Shown in pieces: positions 8,489 to 18,517 of a stretch of DNA of 64,000 nt (its first letter is position 1; every line of letters begins with the position of its first letter). The stretch spans positions 153,644-217,643 of the forward strand of contig CAVTOA010000003.1 in assembly GCA_963736285.1 (NCBI GenBank), written 5' to 3'. The notes under the pieces are model-generated. The model was not told the origin of the DNA. It was given only the letters and a program-made list of their open reading frames with translations, and searched no databases. This stretch comes from an uncultured Acidimicrobiales bacterium. Its GTDB lineage: Bacteria; Actinomycetota; Actinomycetes; Mycobacteriales; QHCE01. Made by a program: the position numbers and the translations under genes.

Positions 8489-11400
8489 TCAGCTTCCTTG
8501 CGCGAATCGCCGCAGCCAGACACGCACGTCGAGCTCCTCGTTGTGCGCGGTGTAGAACTCTGCTGATAGTGACGGTTCACCCTCGTGCACCACAGCGGCG
8601 AGCAGCGCTTCCGAGATCAACTGCTGGTGTGCGGTCCACGCACGTCGGGTGGCTTCGTCGGCGGTGTGCCAGCACAGCTCGATTCGGTCGACGACCTCAA
8701 GCCCGGCGTGCTTCCGCGCTTCTTGCACCAGCCGCACGATTTCGCGAGCAACACCAGCCTCCCGTAGCTGCGGGGTGATGGCATTATCGAGCGCCACCGT
8801 GACGCCTTGCTCCGTTACCACCGACCAGCCCTCTCGGGGTGTCTCAGTGATGATCAGCTCGTCGGCGGACAGCTCGACCTGGTCGCCTTCTACCCGCACA
8901 ACAGCACTTCCGGCAACGCGCACCGACTGGGCTAGTGCGCTCGGACTCTGCCGATCTAATGGCGGCGGCAACTTCTTGGGTTTGACCGGCAAAGCGCCGC
9001 CCCAGTTCCCGGAAGTTTGGTTTGACCGCCACATCGACGAGCTCCCCCGCCTCCCCCAACCCAGCGACTGACTCCACGTTGAGTTCATCCGCGATCTGCC
9101 CGCGCAACTCGTCCGAAAGCTGCTCCCAGTCTGGTGTACTGACGAGCACTCTGGCTAACGGTTGACGGATCTTTACACCAGAACCCACCCGGGCGGCCCG
9201 TCCAGCCTCGACGAGTTTCCGCACCGAAGCCATATGATTCCGCAGCTCGTCATTGGCCCATGCTGGCTCCGGCACTGGCCATTTCGTCAAGTGAACCGAG
9301 TCTGTCGCGCCCGGTGTGTACGCGCGGACCACCGATTGCCACACGCGCTCGGTCACGAACGGCACCAATGGCGCAAGTAGACGAGTAAGCCCATCCAGAC
9401 ACTCAAACAGCGTCGCCAGCGCTGCGGGATCTCCGTCCCAGAAACGCGCACGAGAACGACGAACGTACCAATTGGACAGATCGTCAATGAACTGGCTGAG
9501 CCGGCGTCCAGCCCGGGCGGTATCGAACTCCTCCAACGCTTCGTCTACTTCGGACATCGTGCTGGCTAACTCAGCGAGCGCCCATCGATCCAGTACCGAG
9601 CGCTGATCCGCTGCCAGCATGGCATCTGGTTGCCACTGGGCGATGGAGGCATACAACGAGAAAAACGACGCCGTGTTCCAGTACGTCAACAGCACCTTGC
9701 GCACGATCTCCTGCAACGCGGCGTGCCCGACCCGGCGCGACGCCCACGGCGACCCCGAGCACAGCATGAACCAGCGCAGAGCGTCGGCACCGTGTTGCTC
9801 CATCAACGGAATCGGCGCCAGCACATTACCCAAGTGCTTGCTCATTTTGCGGCCGTCTTCGGCCAAAATGTGCCCGAGGCAGATCACATTTTCGTACGGC
9901 GACCGGTCAAAAATCAGGGTGCCTACCGCCATGAGCGTGTAGAACCAGCCGCGGGTTTGGTCGATCGCCTCAGAGATGAACTGCGCTGGATAGGACCGAT
10001 CGAACTCGGCCGCGCTACCGTCGACGTGCGGATAGCCCCACTGCGCGAACGGCATGGACCCAGAGTCGAACCACGCATCAATGACCTCTGGCACCCGGGT
10101 CGCTGTCTGGCCACAGCTGGGGCAGGCAAACGTGACATCGTCCACATAGGGTCGATGTGGGTCCATATTAGACACATCTTGCCCGGCGAGCTCGCCTAGC
10201 TCGGCCAGCGACCCGACGCATGTGAGGTGCTCGTCCGGGCAACGCCAGATCGGCAAAGGCGTACCCCAGTACCTGCTACGCGACAACGCCCAGTCGATGT
10301 TGTTGGTGAGCCAATCGCCGTACCGACCGTGCTTGATGTGCTCTGGGTGCCACTGTGTCTGCTCATTCTCGCGCAGCAGTGCGGCTTTGATAGCGGTAGT
10401 GCGGATGTACCAAGCTGGCTGCGCGTAATACATCAGCGGCGTATGACAGCGCCAGCAATGCGGGTACGGATGCTCGTAGGGCTGCTCACGAAACAGGGCG
10501 CCCCGGCGCTGCAGCTCGGCAACCAGGGTGGCGTCAGCATCTTTGAAGAATTGACCGCCTACCAGCGGGACGGCGGCACCAAAGCGCCCATCCATCTCCA
10601 CCGGATTGACCACCGGCAGGTCGTATCGGCGCACAGTCGCGAGGTCGTCAGCACCGAACGCGGGCGCCTGGTGCACCAAACCAGTGCCGTCTTCCACCGT
10701 CACGTAATCGGCAAGCAACACCATGTGCGCGTCGGGGATGTCCACCAACGGCAGGGGTGGCTGGTAGTGCACACCCTCCAGCTCGCGCCCGGGCACCCGA
10801 GCAACGATCTCGGCGTCTTCGCCCAAGACCGCCGAGGCCAGCGATTCGGCAACGACGAATACCGGCTGGTCAGGTGCCCGCCGAGCAAATACATAGGTGA
10901 CATTGGGATTGACCGCGACCGCGGTATTGGAGACCAAGGTCCACGGTGTCGTGGTCCAAATCAGCAGCTCCGCTTTGCCCGCCCATTGACCCGTGGTGAT
11001 CGGCAGGCGCACGTAAACCGAGGGGTCGATGATGGTCTCGTAGCCTTGCGCTACCTCGTGGTCGGAGAGCCCCGTTCCACAGCGAGGGCAATACGGCGCC
11101 ACCCGATGGTCCTGCGTCAAAAGACCTTTATCGAAGATCTGCCGCAGCGCCCACCACACACTCTCCACATAGGCCGGTGTCATCGTCCAATATGGATTGT
11201 CGATATCTACCCAGTAGCCCATCCGTTCCGTCATCTGACTGAACTCACCGATGTGTCGCTGTACCGACTCGCGGCAACGCGCATTGAACTCCGCGATGCC
11301 AAACCGCTCAATGTCAGGTTTTCCAGTAAAACCAAGCTCTTTTTCCACCGCAAGCTCAACCGGCAAGCCGTGACAATCCCAGCCGGCCTTCCGGGGGACG

Positions 11401-11669
11401 TGGTAGCCCTTCATCGTCTTAAAACGCGGAAACACGTCTTTGAAGACCCGGGCCTCGACATGATGCGTACCTGGATTGCCATTGGCGGTGGGAGGTCCTT
11501 CATAAAACGTCCACTGAGGACCGTTCGCCGTCTGCTCAGTGCTCCGCGCGAAGATGTTGCGCTCCTGCCAGAATCGCAGGATTTCGTGATCGAGAGCCGG
11601 AAGATCGACCTGGGTAGCCAACGGTGCCGGCGTAGTTGGCGCCACAGCGTCCGGTGTCGCCTCGGCCAT
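8489..11669 (-). CDS. ileS: Isoleucine--tRNA ligase (type 2), apparent frameshift near 8945-8965
   Basis: N-terminus 'FYEGPPTANGNPGTHH' (HIGH-type) and 'KMSKHLGN' (KMSKS). The C-terminal domain ('ELIITETPREGWSV..VALDNAITPQLREAGVAREIVRLVQEARK') lies in the frame of ORF 8489..9088. ATG at 11669. Confidence 0.9.
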
Positions 11670-11770
11670 GTTGTTACTCCTTCGCACACGTGCGCACCAT
11701 GGCTGGCTGCGCAGGACTCGCCGCGGTGTGCGAGGACGAAGCTGGTGCGGTGACTGCCGGGTCGATACTT

Positions 11771-11815
11771 GTGCGGGAAGACTACCGCGTAGAGCACGAG
11801 GCTTCTTTCCCGCAC
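11771..11815. promoter_or_regulatory. Strong hairpin in the ileS / cell-wall-hydrolase divergent intergenic region
   Basis: GTGCGGGAAGA (11771-11781) pairs with TCTTTCCCGCAC (11804-11815) with one bulge. It lies inside the ~210-nt ileS leader. Confidence 0.4.
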
Positions 11816-11880
11816 TCAGTGGCTCACTCATGCGGAAACGAATGCGAAAAAATTTACATTACGCAACTAACGGTCATAGC

Positions 11881-12804
11881 ATGCGACTCATGCACATCAA
11901 TATTCACATAGGGCGCATCTGCATTTTAGGAGTGGTTTCAACGACAATTTTCACTATGTGCGCCGCCCCGGCGTTTGCCGATCCAAGCGCGCCAGAGACG
12001 CCGGCCCCCAGCGCCTCTTCGCCTGGCCCGACCTCGCCCAGCGGGTCAACGTCGGCTTCCCCGGCGCCGACAGCACCCACGCCGTCGTCCGCATCACCAT
12101 CCGTCGCGGCTGTTCCGCTTTCTTCGGTCGCAGCGCTCAACTACCGCGTCTACGGCACGCGCGAAGGCCTCGTCGGCGGGCACACCGCCAGCGGTCACAC
12201 CATCGCAAACCGTGACCATTTCGTTGCGCTTCCCTCTCAGCGCGCGCTCAACCTGTCGGTTCAGGTGTGCTACGGCAAAACCGGCAAATGTGAAACCACA
12301 CCGGTCTGGGACGTGGGGCCATGGAACACCCGAGACGACTACTGGAACCCGTCGTCAGCCCGCGAGTCCTTCACTGACCTACCACAGGGCAAGCCAGAAG
12401 CCCAAGCCGCAAAAGAAGACGGATACAACGGTGGCCATGACGAAGAAGGACGGGCGGTCAGCAATCAAGCAGGCATCGACCTCGCCGATGGCACATTTTG
12501 GGACGCGCTCGGCATGACCGACAACGATTGGGTTCAGGTCACATATCTATGGACTGGCGGAAATCAGACCACGATTAATTCTGGTGGCGGACTACTCAAC
12601 GTCCGGTCTGGCGCCACGACCGACTCAGACATTGTTGCCGCCTTGGGCGACGGCAGCAGCGTTGTCGTCAATTGCACCGTCAACGGAACGTCCGTGGCAG
12701 GGACAGCGGGCACCACCAGCGCATGGGGTCGTCTTTCCACCGGCGGATACGTCGCCGCCGCGTACCTGAATAACGGCCAAAGCCTCGGAGTCGGCGCCTG
12801 CTAG
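11881..12804 (+). CDS. Secreted DPBB (RlpA/3D-like) domain protein with C-terminal SH3b domain; probable cell-wall hydrolase
   Basis: Signal peptide '..ILGVVSTTIFTMCAAPAFA', P/S/A-rich linker, 'GGHTASGHTIANRDHFVALPS', and an SH3b-like C-terminus 'LLNVRSGATTDSDIVAALGDGSSVVV..GGYVAAAYL'. The start is uncertain (ATG 11830 or 11881). Confidence 0.55.
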   Translation: MRLMHINIHIGRICILGVVSTTIFTMCAAPAFADPSAPETPAPSASSPGPTSPSGSTSASPAPTAPTPSSASPSVAAVPLSSVAALNYRVYGTREGLVGGHTASGHTIANRDHFVALPSQRALNLSVQVCYGKTGKCETTPVWDVGPWNTRDDYWNPSSARESFTDLPQGKPEAQAAKEDGYNGGHDEEGRAVSNQAGIDLADGTFWDALGMTDNDWVQVTYLWTGGNQTTINSGGGLLNVRSGATTDSDIVAALGDGSSVVVNCTVNGTSVAGTAGTTSAWGRLSTGGYVAAAYLNNGQSLGVGAC

Positions 12805-12807
12805 CGA

Positions 12808-13224
12808 TTACAGCGAAGGAAAGAAAATCTTCAGCTCGCGGACCGCGGACTCCAGTGAATCCGATGCATGCACGAGATTCTGCTGATTAGACAACGACAA
12901 GTCGCCGCGAATGGTTCCCGGTAGGGCAACCCGCCCATCGGTCGCGCCATTGAGACCGCGCACCACCTCGATGGCGCGGTCGCCCGACAGCACCAAGGCC
13001 ACCAACGAACCAGATGTGACAAAGGTTCGCAGACCTGGATACCACGGCTGCGCGACGTGCTCCGCGTAGTGCTCGTCGGCGGTAGCAGCATCGATCGTGC
13101 GCAGATCCATCGCTTCGACTATCAGACCTTTGCGCTCGTACCGGGCCAGGATCTCGCCCACCAAGCCGCGCCGCACCGCGTCAGGCTTGATGAGGACAAG
13201 GGTGCGCTCGATAGCTTCAGCCAC
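12808..13224 (-). CDS. ndk: Nucleoside-diphosphate kinase
   Basis: 'ERTLVLIKPDAV' and active-site 'NLVHASDS'. AAGGAG RBS upstream of ATG 13224. Confidence 0.95.
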   Translation of the reverse strand: MAEAIERTLVLIKPDAVRRGLVGEILARYERKGLIVEAMDLRTIDAATADEHYAEHVAQPWYPGLRTFVTSGSLVALVLSGDRAIEVVRGLNGATDGRVALPGTIRGDLSLSNQQNLVHASDSLESAVRELKIFFPSL

Positions 13225-13327
13225 GGTTTCTGCTCCTTGCGAGACTGGTGGGTCGGCTGATGTGGAGATGCCAGCATCCTCAACCGGCGACGTTTACCTC
13301 GCGTCGCGTCAGGAAGGACCTTGGCGG

Positions 13328-13894
13328 CTACGAAATCTTAGTGATGGGTTGGGCCCTCCGACCGGGGGGGGCATTGGCGGGGGCGCCTGACCAACCTGTT
13401 GTGCCCGGGCTGCCGTGCGAGGTCGACCGCGATCGAGCCGGACGGCCGCTGGGGGATCTTGTTTGGACAGGCTCGGAATCTTGGCTCTGTTGTTTATTTA
13501 CGACGTTTATCCGCAGAAAGGGAAAGAGCTTCTTCAGTCGCCACATTTCTTGATTAAGCGCCGCTAAAACCTCGTCTTCGTCTTGACTCGCTGGGCAATA
13601 GATGGCACCGCCTTTTGGGCAATCACGCCCTGGAAACTCCTTATTATTAAGATCCGCAAAATGGACTGGGGGATAACGCACAATGGTCAATTCTTGATGC
13701 TCTGAATTTTCAACTTTATGGTTACTTATCTTCTCACCCCATTCCCGAAAAACTTCTTCGTCGATAGCGAGATAGCTTGGGTACTTTTCCCCTTTTGGGT
13801 CAGGAAGGAATCCCTCTAAGTCAAGGTAGGGAAAGACAACTCCCTTAGGAGGGCTCCAATATTGCCCATACTTATCCAATGCCAGCCGGTTCAA
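13328..13894 (-). CDS. Hypothetical protein (low-GC insert); its 3' end reads through into native high-GC DNA
   Basis: 188 aa with no recognised family. The last ~45 codons (P/S/R/G-rich) lie in high-GC flanking DNA, left of ~13465. It overlaps the upstream ORF by 23 nt in another frame. Confidence 0.4.
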   Translation of the reverse strand: MNRLALDKYGQYWSPPKGVVFPYLDLEGFLPDPKGEKYPSYLAIDEEVFREWGEKISNHKVENSEHQELTIVRYPPVHFADLNNKEFPGRDCPKGGAIYCPASQDEDEVLAALNQEMWRLKKLFPFLRINVVNKQQSQDSEPVQTRSPSGRPARSRSTSHGSPGTTGWSGAPANAPPGRRAQPITKIS

Positions 13895-14360
13895 GGGAAG
13901 TGACGGATCCCGTGACGCCCAATTTGTCGGCTAAACATGCTGCGGCTGGTGCGGTTAATTCAATCGCAGCAGGCGTTTTTGCCAAGCAAATTGCCGTGGG
14001 TGTAGCGTCAAAAAACGCCATCCAGTCTTCACCACGAAATTCTTCTTGCAAGTGTTGTATTAGTGCTGCGGACACGATGTCATTAAATTTCGCGGCAATG
14101 ATGTGTGGATCATGATCATCCCCATTCGGGTTAGTACATACCGTGTGGGGAATTTTTTCGTGCGACACAAGCAATCTCAATACGGTTTCGGGTTCGTTGA
14201 GAACTTCCTTCACCAATCGCACTGTATCCAAAAGATTCAGCTCGGCAAATTTCGCTGAATTGTCTAGTATTTTCCTATCAAGGACACCTTTAGACTCTGG
14301 GGAGCAAATTCGCTCAATCAAGCCAATCCACATTTGGCGATTGTCTACCGCATTACCCAT
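13872..14360 (-). CDS. Hypothetical, apparently helix-rich protein (low-GC insert)
   Basis: ATG at 14360 is preceded by GGAGGAG. 162 aa with no recognised family. It may be the N-terminal part of one ~345-aa frameshifted gene together with 13328..13894. Confidence 0.45.
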   Translation of the reverse strand: MGNAVDNRQMWIGLIERICSPESKGVLDRKILDNSAKFAELNLLDTVRLVKEVLNEPETVLRLLVSHEKIPHTVCTNPNGDDHDPHIIAAKFNDIVSAALIQHLQEEFRGEDWMAFFDATPTAICLAKTPAAIELTAPAAACLADKLGVTGSVTSLEPAGIG

Positions 14361-14395
14361 CAAGGACTCCTCCCCGCTTACACAAACCTGGCCTG

Positions 14396-14899
14396 TCAGC
14401 TAGATAGAACTGTGCGGCGCACCCGCAAGACATATATCCAAATCGCCAGGAAAAGCGCGCCAATAACGATCAACGACCAGTGCACCAACCCGGCGATGAT
14501 GATTCCGATTTGGACTACCAATCCGAGACGCCAGCCCCAGTCGCGTCGCAGCGCCCCCATCGTCAGCACACAAGCAAGGATCAGCGCTCCCACTACCCCC
14601 AGCGCGACGCCAGCGCCAGCGGAGCTGAATTGGCGCACCGGCTGCAGCGCCAGAAGTAGCACAATCACCTCGAGCACCAAGGTGCCCATGCCCACGCCGC
14701 GCACGGCAGCCGCTGGATTCTTGAGCCCAGACAGCCTGGGAGCGGGTGCGCCCGACTGTGAGCCAAGACGTTCGTGACTGGAGCCCCCGTCGTCGTCCCC
14801 GGTCTCCGGTCGAGTCTCCTGCTGGGAGCCTTCCGTAGCAGATTCTTCCTCGGTAGAGCCGCCGTTCCGCTTCGGTTCCTCTGTTGGCCCTTCCGTCAT
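14396..14899 (-). CDS. DUF4233-family membrane protein (Rv2446c-like)
   Basis: Four hydrophobic helices and the conserved position immediately downstream of folC, with a 4-nt ATGA overlap. Confidence 0.6.
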   Translation of the reverse strand: MTEGPTEEPKRNGGSTEEESATEGSQQETRPETGDDDGGSSHERLGSQSGAPAPRLSGLKNPAAAVRGVGMGTLVLEVIVLLLALQPVRQFSSAGAGVALGVVGALILACVLTMGALRRDWGWRLGLVVQIGIIIAGLVHWSLIVIGALFLAIWIYVLRVRRTVLSS

Positions 14900-16266
14900 C
14901 GCCGCACCAACCGTCGCACGTCAGCTGCGGTAACCACCGAGCCTGTCGCCAAAATCCCGACCCCCGCCAGCGAGGCATCCGCCGCGTCTTCCTCGGCCAA
15001 CCGCACCGCCGCCTCCAGCGCATCGTCGAGGTGCGGGGCCACCTCCACCCGGTCAGCGCCAAAAATCGGCACCGCAATGGCGGCGAGAGCGTCCGCGCTC
15101 ATTCTCCTCGGTGACGAATTTTCCGTCACCACCAATTCGTCAGCGACTGGCTCCAACAACTCCAGCATGCCACTGACGTCCTTATCACCCAGCACGGCCA
15201 AAACCACCACGAGGCGACGAAAGTCGAATGCTTCGGCAAGTCCGCCCAAGGCGGCAGTCATCCCCGAGGGATTGTGCGCGGCATCAATCACCATGGTGGG
15301 CGAGGTGCGCACTCGCTCCAACCGACCTGGCGAACTCGCCTGCGCGAAGCCCCTACGGATGGTTTCCACATCCAGTTGCCGGTGCGCGTCCGCCCCCAAG
15401 AAGGCCTCCACTGTGGCCAACGCAATCGCCGCATTTTGCGCCTGATGCGCCCCATACAGCGGAAGGAAAATATCGTCATACACGCCGCCGAGACCCTGCA
15501 GCACCAGCCGCTGACCGCCCACTGCGGGCTCCCGGTTGAGCACGCCAAATTCCATTCCCTCGCGGGCAACAGTGGCGTCCATTTCGACCGCTCTGCGCAG
15601 CAACCGCTCGGCAGCTTCTGGCTGTTGGGCCGCCAATAGGACTGTGGCTCCGGAGTGGATGATGCCGGCTTTTTCGGTAGCGATGTCGGCGATGGTGGGA
15701 CCAAGCACGTCTTGATGATCCATGCCTATCGGCGTGACCAGCGCAACCTGGGCGTCCAGCACGTTCGTGGCGTCCCATTTTCCGCCGAGTCCAACCTCGA
15801 CCACGGCCACATCCACCGGCGCATCCGCAAAAGCAGCGAACGCAATGGCGGTCACAAACTCAAAGTAGGTGACGGTCTGCTCGCCTTGTTCCTTAGCGGC
15901 GGCGTCAATCAGGTCGACTAGCGGAGCTACCTCCCGGTATGCGGCCACGAACCGCTCTTCGGAGATCGGCACACCCCCAATGGAGATGCGTTCGGTCACA
16001 CTGTCTAGATGCGGACTGGTATACCGACCCGGACGCAGGTCATGTGCCCGCAAAAGAGCATCGACTAATCGAGACGTCGTGGTTTTGCCATTCGTGCCCG
16101 TCACATGAATCGCCGGGTATGTGCGCTGGGGTTCACCAAGTAGATCGAGCAGCTTAATAATGCGATCTCGATTAGGCACCATGCGTCCAGAGCCGCGCCC
16201 CAATAAAGCAGCTTCCACGTCCGCTGCGGTCAACGGCGTGTTCTTAGCTTCTCGCTGGTCAGTCAC
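14896..16266 (-). CDS. folC: Bifunctional folylpolyglutamate synthase / dihydrofolate synthase
   Basis: Mur-ligase P-loop 'HVTGTNGKTTT' in a full-length 456-aa FolC-type ORF. Confidence 0.9.
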   Translation of the reverse strand: MTDQREAKNTPLTAADVEAALLGRGSGRMVPNRDRIIKLLDLLGEPQRTYPAIHVTGTNGKTTTSRLVDALLRAHDLRPGRYTSPHLDSVTERISIGGVPISEERFVAAYREVAPLVDLIDAAAKEQGEQTVTYFEFVTAIAFAAFADAPVDVAVVEVGLGGKWDATNVLDAQVALVTPIGMDHQDVLGPTIADIATEKAGIIHSGATVLLAAQQPEAAERLLRRAVEMDATVAREGMEFGVLNREPAVGGQRLVLQGLGGVYDDIFLPLYGAHQAQNAAIALATVEAFLGADAHRQLDVETIRRGFAQASSPGRLERVRTSPTMVIDAAHNPSGMTAALGGLAEAFDFRRLVVVLAVLGDKDVSGMLELLEPVADELVVTENSSPRRMSADALAAIAVPIFGADRVEVAPHLDDALEAAVRLAEEDAADASLAGVGILATGSVVTAADVRRLVRR

Positions 16267-16346
16267 GGCGCTGATGGTAGCCGGCGGCTAAACTCGCCCT
16301 GCGTTCACCGGACGCTAGGCACGAACACGAGCATGGATACGCCCTT

Positions 16347-16453
16347 AGAGCTGGTGTGGATTGGTCTGTGCCAAGGCCGCGAGAGCCGCCCTGTAGGGAT
16401 CTGGATCGTACGGTGACGAGAACGCGCGGCAGAGACCAATCCACACGAGCTCT
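16347..16453. repeat. Long inverted repeat (26-nt arms, 2 mismatches) immediately after the clpX stop; member of a GTGTGGATTGG hairpin family
   Basis: agagctgGTGTGGATTGGtctgtgcc (16347-16372) versus ggcagagaCCAATCCACACgagctct (16428-16453), with a 55-nt spacer. The core is shared with the hairpin at 40147-40192. Confidence 0.6.
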
Positions 16454-16456
16454 GCG

Positions 16457-17746
16457 CTAAGCGCTTTTTTCTTCTGGCTCGATCCTGGCCAGCTTTTCCC
16501 GCGGCACAATAGTGGGATTGACGTGTTTGAGCACCGCATCGCCATTAATGACGACTCGTGCCACATCTGATCGACTGGGTACCTCATACATGACCGAGAG
16601 GAGGACCTCTTCCATGATGGCGCGCAAACCGCGTGCGCCGGTGCCTCGCAAAATCGCCTGATCCGCGATCGCCTCAATCGCATCCTCAGAGAACTCGAGC
16701 TCCACACCGTCCAAATCGAACAGTCTGCGATATTGACGAACCAACGCATTGCGCGGCTCGGTGAGAATCTTCACCAATGCGTGTCTATCGAGACTACGCA
16801 CATTGGTAATGACAGGAACGCGTCCCACAAATTCTGGAATAAGACCAAACTTAAGCAAGTCTTCGGGCATGACATCGACGAAAATGTCGTCTGCGGTGCG
16901 TTCAGAAAGACTGCGGATATCGGCGGTGAATCCCACGCCTTTTCGACCCGCACGCTGTTCGATTATTTTTTCCAAACCGGAAAATGCGCCACCCACAATG
17001 AACAACACCTTTGTGGTGTCGATCTGAATGAATTCTTGATGCGGATGTTTGCGCCCCCCTTGTGGAGGAACAGCGGCGGTGGTGCCCTCCAAAATCTTGA
17101 GCAAGGCCTGCTGCACACCCTCGCCCGACACATCCCGGGTAATCGAAGGGTTCTCACTCTTGCGCGCGATCTTGTCGACCTCATCGATGTAGATGATTCC
17201 GGTCTCGGCCCGCTTGACGTCGTAGTCTGCCGCTTGGATCAGCTTGAGCAGAATATTTTCGACATCTTCGCCGACGTACCCCGCCTCGGTGAGAGCCGTC
17301 GCATCCGCAATGGCGAAGGGAACGTTCAACATTCGCGCAAGAGTCTGCGCTAGATGGGTCTTTCCACAACCGGTCGGGCCGACCAGCAAGATGTTCGACT
17401 TGGCGATCTCTACCGCCGGCTCGTCGGACTTGCTGGCCTTGCCCACCGTCTCAGCCTGAATGCGTTTGTAGTGGTTATAGACAGCGACCGACAACGCGCG
17501 CTTTGCCGCATCCTGACCCACCACATATTGGTCGAGAAACTCGCAAATCTCGACCGGCTTAGGCAGCTGATCGAGATTTAGCTCAGCGGATTCCGCGAGT
17601 TCTTCTTCGATGATTTCGTTGCACAAGTCAATGCACTCATCGCAGATATACACGCCAGGTCCGGCGATGAGCTTCTTGACCTGTTTCTGCGACTTGCCGC
17701 AGAACGAACACTTCAATAGGTCGGCCCCGTCACCCATGCGCGCCAC
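16457..17746 (-). CDS. clpX: ATP-dependent Clp protease ATP-binding subunit ClpX
   Basis: N-terminal zinc ribbon '[12 protein letters not shown]' and Walker A 'GPTGCGKT'. Confidence 0.97.
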   Translation of the reverse strand: MARMGDGADLLKCSFCGKSQKQVKKLIAGPGVYICDECIDLCNEIIEEELAESAELNLDQLPKPVEICEFLDQYVVGQDAAKRALSVAVYNHYKRIQAETVGKASKSDEPAVEIAKSNILLVGPTGCGKTHLAQTLARMLNVPFAIADATALTEAGYVGEDVENILLKLIQAADYDVKRAETGIIYIDEVDKIARKSENPSITRDVSGEGVQQALLKILEGTTAAVPPQGGRKHPHQEFIQIDTTKVLFIVGGAFSGLEKIIEQRAGRKGVGFTADIRSLSERTADDIFVDVMPEDLLKFGLIPEFVGRVPVITNVRSLDRHALVKILTEPRNALVRQYRRLFDLDGVELEFSEDAIEAIADQAILRGTGARGLRAIMEEVLLSVMYEVPSRSDVARVVINGDAVLKHVNPTIVPREKLARIEPEEKSA

Positions 17747-17776
17747 CGTCGACCATCTCCTAAGATCGTCGTGCGT

Positions 17777-18427
17777 TTAACCGGCTGCAACCGGCATTCT
17801 TTTACGACTATTCAGTATCTCGTCGATCAGCCCGTACTCTTTCGCCTCTTCGGCGGTCAAGAATTTGTCGCGCTCGATGTCTTTTCGCACCTCTTCCATA
17901 GTGCGACCAGTATGGCGAGACAGCATCTCCTCCAACTGCGTACGAATGCGCAAAATCTCTCGGGCCTGAATCTCGATATCGCTACCAGAACCGTAGCCGC
18001 CTTCAACCGAAGGTTGGTGGATCAAAATCCGCGCGTTGGGCAATGCCATGCGTTTACCCGCTGTTCCAGCCGCGAGCAACACCGCGGCCGCCGACGATGC
18101 CTGACCCATGCACACCGTTTGGATGTCAGGCCGCACATATTGCATGGTGTCGTAAATAGCCGTGAGCGCGGTAAACGATCCACCCGGCGAATTGATGTAC
18201 ATGGTGATGTCGCGGTCCGGCTCTGCTGACTCCAGCACGAGAAGCTGGGCCATCACATCGTTGGCGCTCGCGTCGTCGATCTGCACGCCGAGGAAAATGA
18301 TTCGGTCCTCGAACATCTTGTTATACGGATTGGACTCTTTGACGCCATACGATGTGCGCTCAATGAAAGACGGCAACACATATCTGTTGTGCGGACTGAA
18401 CTGAGAAGGGGCGAGCAGTTCGCTCAT
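17777..18427 (-). CDS. clpP2: ATP-dependent Clp protease proteolytic subunit 2
   Basis: 'GQASSAAAVLLAAG' (active-site Ser) and 'IHQP'. ATG 18427 has a GGAGG RBS. The ORF-track N-terminal extension was trimmed. Confidence 0.9.
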   Translation of the reverse strand: MSELLAPSQFSPHNRYVLPSFIERTSYGVKESNPYNKMFEDRIIFLGVQIDDASANDVMAQLLVLESAEPDRDITMYINSPGGSFTALTAIYDTMQYVRPDIQTVCMGQASSAAAVLLAAGTAGKRMALPNARILIHQPSVEGGYGSGSDIEIQAREILRIRTQLEEMLSRHTGRTMEEVRKDIERDKFLTAEEAKEYGLIDEILNSRKRMPVAAG

Positions 18428-18517
18428 GGGAATACCTCCGGTGATCGAAATGGGCCTGGCTGTAGCGAACATCACGTCGAAACGCAAGCGTGCGCACACG
18501 CTGATGTCGACGACGAC

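Noticed and set aside
10227-11753. Long antisense ORFs in the six-frame track, for example 508 aa opposite ileS, 328 aa at 38917..39903 opposite aglA, 270 aa at 45911..46723 and 213 aa at 47630..48271.
   Set aside because: These are typical shadow ORFs of high-GC DNA. Their translations are R/P/G/A-rich with no motifs, and each lies fully inside a gene with strong family signatures on the other strand.
11670-11880. c-di-AMP (ydaO-type) riboswitch upstream of the DPBB/SH3b cell-wall hydrolase gene.
   Set aside because: This is a plausible expectation for actinobacterial wall hydrolases. However, I could not find any of the conserved ydaO sequence blocks I remember on the + strand.
13872-14360. 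An R-x4-H match ('RLLVSH') in the 162-aa low-GC ORF, suggesting a HEPN RNase.
   Set aside because: A six-residue pattern arises readily by chance. There is no other HEPN-like conservation that I can verify without a profile search.
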